The notes under the pieces are model-generated. The model was given only the letters and a program-made list of their open reading frames with translations, made no database searches and was not told the DNA's origin. The position numbers and the translations under genes are program-made. A DNA stretch of 64,000 bases from Auanema rhodensis (lineage: Eukaryota > Animalia > Nematoda): NCBI GenBank assembly GCA_964057225.1, contig OZ059897.1, forward strand, positions 20,522,001-20,586,000, given 5' to 3'. Positions 51,801 to 64,000 of this stretch are shown piece by piece (position 1 is the first letter of the stretch; each line of letters starts with the position of its first letter).

Positions 51801-54800
51801 CACTCAACATTGCTTCCAAAAACATTTTGACAAAAATTTTTTCGAAAAATTTCAAAATAATTTAGCAAAAAGTAGATGTTTTTAGATTCCTTTTTTCAAG
51901 GCAAAGACAATGGACCATGTTATTCAACGAAAAAATTAATTCTTCAGGGTGAAAATCGAGGATATAAGTGTAAACTTATATCATTTGATATCTCGGTGCA
52001 TTTTTAAGCTAGCGCAAATCTGATAACACAGATCGACGCAGCTTAAAAATCCGCATCGAATGCACTATACTACATTGAGAAACGCTTAATACAAAAATTA
52101 GTTATGATCGTTTGAAAAATGATGCATTAGTGTATGTTGAGTTTCCATGTACACTCAACATTGCTTCCAAAAACATTTTGACAAAAATTTTTTCGAAAAA
52201 TTTCAAAATAAGTTAGCAAAAAGTAGATGTTTTTAGATTCCTTTTTTCAAGGCAAAGACGATGGACAATGTTATTTAACGAAAAAATTAATTCTTCAGGG
52301 TGAAAATCGAGGATATAAGTGTAAACTTATATCAGTTGATATCTCGGTGCATTTTTAAGCTAGCGCAAATCTGATAACACAGATCGACGCAGCTTAAAAA
52401 TCCGCATCGTGTGCACTATACTACATTGAAAAACGCTTAATACAAAAATTAGTTATGATCGTTTGAAAAATGATGCATTAGTGTATGTTGAGTTTCCATG
52501 TACACTCAACATTGCTTCCAAAAACATTTTGACAAAAATTTTTTCGAAAAATTTCAAAATAATTTAGCAAAAAGTAGATGTTTTTAGATTCCTTTTTTCA
52601 AGGCAAAGACGATGGACAATGTTATTTAACGAAAAAATTATTTCTTCAGGGTGAAAATCGAGGATATAAGTGTAAACTTATATCAGTTGATATCTCGGTG
52701 CATTTTTAAGCTAGCGCAAATCTGATAACACAGATCGACGCAGCTTAAAAATCCGCATCGAATGCACTATACTACATTAAGAAACGCTTAATACAAAAAT
52801 TAGTTATGATCGTTTGAAAAATGATGCATTAGTGTATGTTGAGTTTCCATGTACACTCAACATTGCTTCCAAAAACATTTTGACAAAAATTTTTTCGAAA
52901 AATTTCAAAATAATTTAGCAAAAAGTAGATGTTTTTAGATTCCTTTTTTTAAGGCAAAGACGATGGACAATGTTATTTAACAAAAAAATTAATTCTTCAG
53001 GGTGAAAATCGAGGATAAAAGTGTAAACTTATATCAGTTGATATCTCGGTACATTTTTAAGCTAGCGCAAATCTGATAACACAGATCGACGCAGCTTAAA
53101 AATCCGCATCGAATGCACTATACTACATTAAGAAACGCTTAATACAAAAATTAGTTATGATCGTTTGAAAAATGATGCATTAGTGTATGTTGAGTTTCCA
53201 TGTACACTCAACATTGCTTCCAAAAACATTTTGACAAAAATTTTTTCGAAAAATTTCAAAATAATTTAGCAAAAAGTAGATGTTTTTAGATTCCTTTTTT
53301 CAAGGCAAAGACGATGGACAATGTTATTCAACGAAAAAATTAATTCTTCAGGGTGAAAATCGAGGATATAAGTGTGAACTTATATCAGTTGATATCTCGG
53401 TACATTTTTAAGCTAGCGCAAATCTGATAACACAGATCGACGCAGCTTAAAAATCCGCATCGAATGCACTATACTACATGGAAGAACGCTTAATACAGAA
53501 ATTAGTTATGATCGTTTGAAAAATGATGCATTAGTGTATGTTGAGTTTCCATGTACACTCAACATTGCTTCCAAAAACATTTTGACAAAAATTTTTTCGA
53601 AAAATTTCAAAATAATTTAGCAAAAAGTAGATGTTTTTAGATTCCTTTTTTCAAGGCAAAGACAATGGACCATGTTATTCAACGAAAAAATTAATTCTTC
53701 AGGGTGAAAATCGAGGATATAAGTGTAAACTTATATCATTTGATATCTCGGTGCATTTTTAAGCTAGCGCAAATCTGATAACACAGATCGACGCAGCTTA
53801 AAAATCCGCATCGAATGCACTATACTACATTGAGAAACGCTTAATACAAAAATTAGTTATGATCGTTTGAAAAATGATGCATTAGTGTATGTTGAGTTTC
53901 CATGTACACTCAACATTGCTTCCAAAAACATTTTGACAAAAATTTTTTCGAAAAATTTCAAAATAAGTTAGCAAAAAGTAGATGTTTTTAGATTCCTTTT
54001 TTCAAGGCAAAGACGATGGACAATGTTATTTAACGAAAAAATTAATTCTTCAGGGTGAAAATCGAGGATATAAGTGTAAACTTATATCAGTTGATATCTC
54101 GGTGCATTTTTAAGCTAGCGCAAATCTGATAACACAGATCGACGCAGCTTAAAAATCCGCATCGTGTGCACTATACTACATTGAAAAACGCTTAATACAA
54201 AAATTAGTTATGATCGTTTGAAAAATGATGCATTAGTGTATGTTGAGTTTCCATGTACACTCAACATTGCTTCCAAAAACATTTTGACAAAAATTTTTTC
54301 GAAAAATTTCAAAATAATTTAGCAAAAAGTAGATGTTTTTAGATTCCTTTTTTCAAGGCAAAGACGATGGACAATGTTATTTAACGAAAAAATTATTTCT
54401 TCAGGGTGAAAATCGAGGATATAAGTGTAAACTTATATCAGTTGATATCTCGGTGCATTTTTAAGCTAGCGCAAATCTGATAACACAGATCGACGCAGCT
54501 TAAAAATCCGCATCGAATGCACTATACTACATTAAGAAACGCTTAATACAAAAATTAGTTATGATCGTTTGAAAAATGATGCATTAGTGTATGTTGAGTT
54601 TCCATGTACACTCAACATTGCTTCCAAAAACATTTTGACAAAAATTTTTTCGAAAAATTTCAAAATAATTTAGCAAAAAGTAGATGTTTTTAGATTCCTT
54701 TTTTCAAGGCAAAGACGATGGACAATGTTATTTAACGAAAAAATTAATTCTTCAGGGTGAAAATCGAGGATAAAAGTGTAAACTTATATCAGTTGATATC

Positions 54801-57800
54801 TCGGTACATTTTTAAGCTAGCGCAAATCTGATAACACAGATCGACGCAGCTTAAAAATCCGCATCGAATGCACTATACTACATTAAGAAACGCTTAATAC
54901 AAAAATTAGTTATGATCGTTTGAAAAATGATGCATTAGTGTATGTTGAGTTTCCATGTACACTCAACATTGCTTCCAAAAACATTTTGACAAAAATTTTT
55001 TCGAAAAATTTCAAAATAATTTAGCAAAAAGTAGATGTTTTTAGATTCCTTTTTTCAAGGCAAAGACGATGGACAATGTTATTCAACGAAAAAATTAATT
55101 CTTCAGGGTGAAAATCGAGGATATAAGTGTGAACTTATATCAGTTGATATCTCGGTACATTTTTAAGCTAGCGCAAATCTGATAACACAGATCGACGCAG
55201 CTTAAAAATCCGCATCGAATGCACTATACTACATGGAAGAACGCTTAATACAGAAATTAGTTATGATCGTTTGAAAAATGATGCATTAGTGTATGTTGAG
55301 TTTCCATGTACACTCAACATTGCTTCCAAAAACATTTTGACAAAAATTTTTTCGAAAAATTTCAGAATAATTTAGCAAAAAGTAGATGTTTTTAGATTCC
55401 TTTTTTCAAGGCAAAGACGATGAACAATGTTATTCAACGAAAAAATTAATTCTTCAGGGTGAAAATCGAGGATAAATGTGTGAACTTATATCAGTTGATA
55501 TCTCGGTGCATTTTTAAGCTAGCGCAAATCTGATAACACAGATCGACGCAGCTTAAAAATCCGCATCGAATGCACTATACTACATTGAGAAACGCTTAAT
55601 ACAAAAATTAGTTATGATCGTTTGAAAAATGATGCATTAGTGTATGTTGAGTTTCCATGTACACTCAACATTGCTTCCAAAAACATTTTGACAAAAATTT
55701 TTTCGAAAAATTTCAAAATAATTTAGCAAAAAGTAGATGTTTTTAGATTCCTTTTTTCAAGGCAAAGACAATGGACCATGTTATTCAACGAAAAAATTAA
55801 TTCTTCAGGGTGAAAATCGAGGATATAAGTGTGAACTTATATCAGTTGATATCTCGGTGCATTTTTAAGCTAGCGCAAATCTGATAACACAGATCGACGC
55901 AGCTTAAAAATCCGCATCGAATGCACTATACTACATTAAGAAACGCTTAATACAAAAATTAGTTATGATCGTTTGAAAAATGATGCATTAGTGTATGTTG
56001 AGTTTCCATGTACACTCAACATTGCTTCCAAAAACATTTTGACAAAAATTTTTTCGAAAAATTTCAAAATAATTTAGCAAAAAGTAGATGTTTTTAGATT
56101 CCTTTTTTCAAGGCAAAGACGATGGACAATGTTATTTAACGAAAAAATTAATTCTTCAGGGTGAAAATCGAGGATAAAAGTGTAAACTTATATCAGTTGA
56201 TATCTCGGTGCATTTTTAAGCTAGCGCAAATCTGATAACACAGATCGACGCAGCTTAAAAATCCGCATCGAATGCACTATACTACATTGAGAAACGCTTA
56301 ATACAAAAATTAGTTATGATCGTTTGAAAAATGATGCATTAGTGTATGTTGAGTTTCCATGTACACTCAACATTGCTTCCAAAAACATTTTGACAAAAAT
56401 TTTTTCGAAAAATTTCAAAATAATTTAGCAAAAAGTAGATGTTTTTAGATTCCTTTTTTCAAGGCAAAGACAATGGACCATGTTATTCAACGAAAAAATT
56501 AATTCTTCAGGGTGAAAATCGAGGATATAAGTGTAAACTTATATCATTTGATATCTCGGTGCATTTTTAAGCTAGCGCAAATCTGATAACACAGATCGAC
56601 GCAGCTTAAAAATCCGCATCGAATGCACTATACTACATTGAGAAACGCTTAATACAAAAATTAGTTATGATCGTTTGAAAAATGATGCATTAGTGTATGT
56701 TGAGTTTCCATGTACACTCAACATTGCTTCCAAAAACATTTTGACAAAAATTTTTTCGAAAAATTTCAAAATAAGTTAGCAAAAAGTAGATGTTTTTAGA
56801 TTCCTTTTTTCAAGGCAAAGACGATGGACAATGTTATTTAACGAAAAAATTAATTCTTCAGGGTGAAAATCGAGGATATAAGTGTAAACTTATATCAGTT
56901 GATATCTCGGTGCATTTTTAAGCTAGCGCAAATCTGATAACACAGATCGACGCAGCTTAAAAATCCGCATCGTGTGCACTATACTACATTGAAAAACGCT
57001 TAATACAAAAATTAGTTATGATCGTTTGAAAAATGATGCATTAGTGTATGTTGAGTTTCCATGTACACTCAACATTGCTTCCAAAAACATTTTGACAAAA
57101 ATTTTTTCGAAAAATTTCAAAATAATTTAGCAAAAAGTAGATGTTTTTAGATTCCTTTTTTCAAGGCAAAGACGATGGACCATGTTATTCAACGAAAAAA
57201 TTAATTCTTCAGGGTGAAAATCGAGGATATAAGTGTGAACTTATATCAGTTGATATCTCGGTGCATTTTTAAGCTAGCGCAAATCTGATAACACAGATCG
57301 ACGCAGCTTAAAAATCCGCATCGAATGCACTATACTACATTGAGAAACGCTTAATACAAAAATTAGTTATGATCGTTTGAAAAATGATGCATTAGTGTAT
57401 GTTGAGTTTCCATGTACACTCAACATTGCTTCCAAAAACATTTTGACAAAAATTTTTTCGAAAAATTTCAAAATAAGTTAGCAAAAAGTAGATGTTTTTA
57501 GATTCCTTTTTTCAAGGCAAAGACGATGGACAATGTTATTTAACGGAAAAATTAATTCTTCAGGGTGAAAATCGAGGATATAAGTGTGAACTTATATCAG
57601 TTGATATCTCGGTGCATTTTTAAGCTAGCGCAAATCTGATAACACAGATCGACGCAGCTTAAAAATCCGCATCGAATGCACTATACTACATTGAGAAACG
57701 CTTAATACAAAAATTAGTTATGATCGTTTGAAAAATGATGCATTAGTGTATGTTGAGTTTCCATGTACACTCAACATTGCTTCCAAAAACATTTTGACAA

Positions 57801-60800
57801 AAATTTTTTCGAAAAATTTCAAAATAATTTAGCAAAAAGTAGATGTTTTTAGATTCCTTTTTTCAAGGCAAAGACGATGGACCATGTTATTCAACGAAAA
57901 AATTAATTCTTCAGGGTGAAAATCGAGGATATAAGTGTGAACTTATATCAGTTGATATCTCGGTGCATTTTTAAGCTAGCGCAAATCTGATAACACAGAT
58001 CGACGCAGCTTAAAAATCCGCATCGAATGCACTATACTACATTGAGAAACGCTTAATACAAAAATTAGTTATGATCGTTTGAAAAATGATGCATTAGTGT
58101 ATGTTGAGTTTCCATGTACACTCAACATTGCTTCCAAAAACATTTTGACAAAAATTTTTTCGAAAAATTTCAAAATAAGTTAGCAAAAAGTAGATGTTTT
58201 TAGATTCCTTTTTTCAAGGCAAAGACTATGGACAATGTTATTTAACGAAAAAATTAATTCTTCAGGGTGAAAATCGAGGATATAAGTGTGAACTTATATC
58301 AGTTGATATCTCGGTGCATTTTTAAGCTAGCGCAAATCTGATAACACAGATCGACGCAGCTTAAAAATCCGCATCGAATGCACTATACTACATTGAGAAA
58401 CGCTTAATACAAAAATTAGTTATGATCGTTTGAAAAATGATGCATTAGTGTATGTTGAGTTTCCATTTACACTCAACATTGCTTCCAAAAACATTTTGAC
58501 AAAAATTTTTTCGAAAAATTTCAAAATAATTTAGCAAAAAGTAGATGTTTTTAGATTCCTTTTTTCAAGGCAAAGACGATGGACAATGTTATTTAACGAA
58601 AAAATTAATTCTTCAGGGTGAAAATCGAGGATATAAGTGTGAACTTATATCAGTTGATATCTCGGTGCATTTTTAAGCTAGCGCAAATCTGATAACACAG
58701 ATCGACGCAGCTTAAAAATCCGCATCGAATGCACTATACTACATTGAGAAACGCTTACTACAAAAATTAGTTATGATCGTTTGAAAAATGATGCATTAGT
58801 GTATGTTGAGTTTCCATGTACACTCAACATTGCTTCCAAAAACATTTTGACAAAAATTTTTTCGAAAAATTTCAAAATAATTTAGCAAAAAGTAGATGTT
58901 TTTAGATTCCATTTTTCAAGGCAAAGACGATGGACAATGTTATTCAACGAAAAAATTAATTCTTCAGGGTGAAAATCGAGGATAAAAGTGTGAACTTATA
59001 TCAGTTGATATCTCGGTGCATTTTTAAGCTAGCGCAAATCTGATAACACAGATCGACGCAGCTTAAAAATCCGCATCGAATGCACTATACTACATTGAGA
59101 AACGCTTAATACAAAAATTAGTTATGATCGTTTGAAAAATGATGCATTAGTGTATGTTGAGTTTCCATGTACACTCAACATTGCTTCCAAAAACATTTTG
59201 ACAAAAACTTTTTCGAAAAATTTCAAAATAATTTGGCAAAAAGTAGATGTTTTTAGATTCCATTTTTCAAGGCAAAGACGATGGACAATGTTATTCAACG
59301 AAAAAAGTAATTCTTCAGGGTGAAAATCGAGGATATAAGTGTGAACTTATATCAGTTGATATCTCGGTGCATTTTTAAGCTAGCGCAAATCTGATAACAC
59401 AGATCGACGCAGCTTAAAAATTCGCATCGAATGCACTATACTACATTGAGAAACGCTTAATACAAAAATTAGTTATGATCGTTTGAAAAATGATGCATTA
59501 GTGTATGTTGAGTTTCCATGTACACTCAACATTGTTTCCAAAAACATTTTGACAAAAATTTTTTCGAAAAATTTCAAAATAATTTAGCAAAAAGTAGATG
59601 TTTTTAGATTCCTTTTTTCGAGGCAAAGACGATGGACAATGTTATTTAACGAAAAAATTAATTTTTCAGGGTGAAAATCGAGGATATAAGTGTGAACTTA
59701 TATCAGTTGATTTCTCGGTACATTTTTAAGCTAGCGCAAATCTGATAACACAGATCGACGCAGCTTAAAAATCCGCATCGAATGCACTATACTACATTGA
59801 GAAACGCTTAATACAAAAATTAGTTATGATCGTTTGAAAAATGATGCATTAGTGTATGTTGAGTTTCCATGTACACTCAACATTGCTTCCAAAAACATTT
59901 TGACAAAAATTTTTTCGAAAAATTTCAAAATAATTTAGCAAAAAGTAGATGTTTTTAGATTCCTTTTTTTAAGGCAAAGATGATGGACGATGTTATTCAA
60001 CGAAAAAATTAATTCTTCAGGGTGAAAATCGAGGATATAAGTGTGAACTTATATCAGTTGATATCTCGGTGCATTTTTAAGCTAGCGCAAATCTGATAAC
60101 ACAGATCGACGCAGCTTAAAAATCCGCATCGAATGCACTATACTACATAGAAGAACGCTTAATACAAAAATTAGTTATGATCGTTTGAAAAATGATGCAT
60201 TAGTGTATGTTGAGTTTCCATGTACACTCAACATTGCTTCCAAAAACATTTTGACAAAAATTTTTTCGAAAAATTTCAAAATAATTTAGCAAAAAGTAGA
60301 TGTTTTTAGATTCCTTTTTTCAAGGCAAAGACGATGGACAATGTTATTCAACGAAAAAATTATTTTTCAGGGTGAAAATCGAGGATATAAGTGTGAACTT
60401 ATATCAGTTGATATCTCGGTGCATTTTTAAGCTAGCGCAAATCTGATAACACAGATCGACGCAGCTTAAAAATCCGCATCGAATGCACTATACTACATTG
60501 AGAAACGCTTAATACAAAAATTAGTTATGATCGTTTGAAAAATGATGCATTAGTGTATGTTGAGTTTCCATGTACACTCAACCTTGCTTCCAAAAACATT
60601 TTGACAAAAATTTTTTCGAAAAATTTCAAAATAATTTAGCAAAAAGTAGATGTTTTTAGATTCCTTTTTTCAAGGCAAAGACGATGGACAATGTTATTCA
60701 ACGAAAAAATTATTTCTTCAGGGTGAAAATCGAGGATATAAGTGTGAACTTATATAAGTTGATATCTCGGTGCATTTTTAAGCTAGCGCAAATCTGATAA

Positions 60801-63800
60801 CACAGATCGACGCAGCTTAAAAATCCGCATCGAATGCACTATACTACATTGAGAAACGCTTAATACAAAAATTAGTTATGATCGTTTGAAAAATGATGCA
60901 TTAGTGTATGTTGAGTTTCCATGTACACTCAACATTGCTTCCAAAAACATTTTGACAAAAATTTTTTCGAAAAATTTCAAAATAATTTAGCAAAAAGTAG
61001 ATGTTTTTAGATTCCTTTTTTTAAGGCAAAGATGATGGACGATGTTATTCAACGAAAAAATTAATTCTTCAGGGTGAAAATCGAGGATATAAGTGTGAAC
61101 TTATATCAGTTGATATCTCGGTGCATTTTTAAGCTAGCGCAAATCTGATAACACAGATCGACGCAGCTTAAAAATCCGCATCGAATGCACTATACTACAT
61201 AGAAGAACGCTTAATACAAAAATTAGTTATGATCGTTTGAAAAATGATGCATTAGTGTATGTTGAGTTTCCATGTACACTCAACATTGCTTCCAAAAACA
61301 TTTTGACAAAAATTTTTTCGAAAAATTTCAAAATAATTTAGCAAAAAGTAGATGTTTTTAGATTCCTTTTTTCAAGGCAAAGACGATGGACAATGTTATT
61401 CAACGAAAAAATTATTTCTTCAGGGTGAAAATCGAGGATATAAGTGTGAACTTATATCAGTTGATATCTCGGTGCATTTTTAAGCTAGCGCAAATCTGAT
61501 AACACAGATCGACGCAGCTTAAAAATCCGCATCGAATGCACTATACTACATTGAGAAACGCTTAATACAAAAATTAGTTATGATCGTTTGAAAAATGATG
61601 CATTAGTGTATGTTGAGTTTCCATGTACACTCAACCTTGCTTCCAAAAACATTTTGACAAAAATTTTTTCGAAAAATTTCAAAATAATTTAGCAAAAAGT
61701 AGATGTTTTTAGATTCCTTTTTTCAAGGCAAAGACGATGGACAATGTTATTCAACGAAAAAATTATTTCTTCAGGGTGAAAATCGAGGATATAAGTGTGA
61801 ACTTATATAAGTTGATATCTCGGTGCATTTTTAAGCTAGCGCAAATCTGATAACACAGATCGACGCAGCTTAAAAATCCGCATCGAATGCACTATACTAC
61901 ATTGAGAAACGCTTAATACAAAAATTAGTTATGATCGTTTGAAAAATGATGCATTAGTGTATGTTGAGTTTCCATGTACACTCAACATTGCTTCCAAAAA
62001 CATTTTGACAAAAATTTTTTCGAAAAATTTCAAAATAATTTAGCAAAAAGTAGATGTTTTTAGATTCCTTTTTTTAAGGCAAAGACGATGGACGATGTTA
62101 TTCAACGAAAAAATTAATTCTTCAGGGTGAAAATCGAGGATATAAGTGTGAACTTATATCAGTTGATATCTCGGTGCATTTTTAAGCTAGCGCAAATCTG
62201 ATAACACAGATCGACGCAGCTTAAAAATCCGCATCGAATGCACTATACTACATTGAGAAACGCTTAATACAAAAATTAGTTATGATCGTTTGAAAAATGA
62301 TGCATTAGTGTATGTTGAGTTTCCATGTACACTCAACATTGCTTCCAAAAACATTTTGACAAAAATTTTTTCGAAAAATTTCAAAATAATTTAGCAAAAA
62401 GTAGATGTTTTTAGATTCCTTTTTTTAAGGCAAAGATGATGGACGATGTTATTCAACGAAAAAATTAATTCTTCAGGGTGAAAATCGAGGATATAAGTGT
62501 GAACTTATATCAGTTGATATCTCGGTGCATTTTTAAGCTAGCGCAAATCTGATAACACAGATCGACGCAGCTTAAAAATCCGCATCGAATGCACTATACT
62601 ACATAGAAGAACGCTTAATACAAAAATTAGTTATGATCGTTTGAAAAATGATGCATTAGTGTATGTTGAGTTTCCATGTACACTCAACATTGCTTCCAAA
62701 AACATTTTGACAAAAATTTTTTCGAAAAATTTCAAAATAATTTAGCAAAAAGTAGATGTTTTTAGATTCCTTTTTTCAAGGCAAAGACGATGGACAATGT
62801 TATTCAACGAAAAAATTATTTCTTCAGGGTGAAAATCGAGGATATAAGTGTGAACTTATATCAGTTGATATCTCGGTGCATTTTTAAGCTAGCGCAAATC
62901 TGATAACACAGATCGACGCAGCTTAAAAATCCGCATCGAATGCACTATACTACATTGAGAAACGCTTAATACAAAAATTAGTTATGATCGTTTGAAAAAT
63001 GATGCATTAGTGTATGTTGAGTTTCCATGTACACTCAACCTTGCTTCCAAAAACATTTTGACAAAAATTTTTTCGAAAAATTTCAAAATAATTTAGCAAA
63101 AAGTAGATGTTTTTAGATTCCTTTTTTCAAGGCAAAGACGATGGACAATGTTATTCAACGAAAAAATTATTTCTTCAGGGTGAAAATCGAGGATATAAGT
63201 GTGAACTTATATAAGTTGATATCTCGGTGCATTTTTAAGCTAGCGCAAATCTGATAACACAGATCGACGCAGCTTAAAAATCCGCATCGAATGCACTATA
63301 CTACATTGAGAAACGCTTAATACAAAAATTAGTTATGATCGTTTGAAAAATGATGCATTAGTGTATGTTGAGTTTCCATGTACACTCAACATTGCTTCCA
63401 AAAACATTTTGACAAAAATTTTTTCGAAAAATTTCAAAATAATTTAGCAAAAAGTAGATGTTTTTAGATTCCTTTTTTTAAGGCAAAGACGATGGACGAT
63501 GTTATTCAACGAAAAAATTAATTCTTCAGGGTGAAAATCGAGGATATAAGTGTGAACTTATATCAGTTGATATCTCGGTGCATTTTTAAGCTAGCGCAAA
63601 TCTGATAACACAGATCGACGCAGCTTAAAAATCCGCATCGAATGCACTATACTACATTGAGAAACGCTTAATACAAAAATTAGTTATGATCGTTTGAAAA
63701 ATGATGCATTAGTGTATGTTGAGTTTCCATGTACACTCAACATTGCTTCCAAAAACATTTTGACAAAAATTTTTTCGAAAAATTTCAAAATAATTTAGCA

Positions 63801-64000
63801 AAAAGTAGATGTTTTTAGATTCCTTTTTTCGAGGCAAAGACGATGGACAATGTTATTTAACGAAAAAATTAAATCTTCAGGGTGAAAATCGAGGATATAA
63901 GTGTAAACTTATATCAGTTGATATCTCGGTGCATTTTTAAGCTAGCGCAAATCTGATAACACAGATCGACGCAGCTTAAAAATCCGCATCGAATGCACTA
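45828..64000. repeat. 351-bp tandem satellite array, right part (~52 monomers; runs off the window end)
   Basis: Same monomer and orientation. It resumes in phase (ccatgtacactcaac) immediately after the LTR. Confidence 0.99.

Noticed and set aside
7615-59323. Fourteen 63-aa ORFs (MKNDALVYVEF...) as a multicopy gene family
   Set aside because: They start at TTG and appear only where the satellite's TAG has mutated (AAG, CAG or TGG). About 90% of monomers keep the stop, and there is no recognisable domain.

Overview
Eukaryotic, AT-rich window, probably from an invertebrate; the retroelement motifs suggest a nematode. About 58 kb is one head-to-tail satellite array of a 351-bp monomer (~165 highly similar copies with local 2- to 14-monomer block duplications). 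It is interrupted once, at 39939-45827, by a young BEL/Pao-type LTR retrotransposon on the minus strand. The element has 289-bp LTRs differing at one base, a 5-bp target duplication CCATG, a tRNA-Gly primer site, gag and pol in -1 frame with a slippery heptamer, a YVDN reverse transcriptase, and an internal deletion removing the first half of integrase. Two observations stand out. (i) The 351-bp monomer has two 9-bp dyads exactly half a monomer apart, with colinear mirror similarity between its halves, so it looks like an old fold-back of a ~175-bp unit. (ii) The retrotransposon integrated on one of those symmetry axes. No host genes or RNA genes were recognised; the 63-aa ORFs are satellite artefacts.
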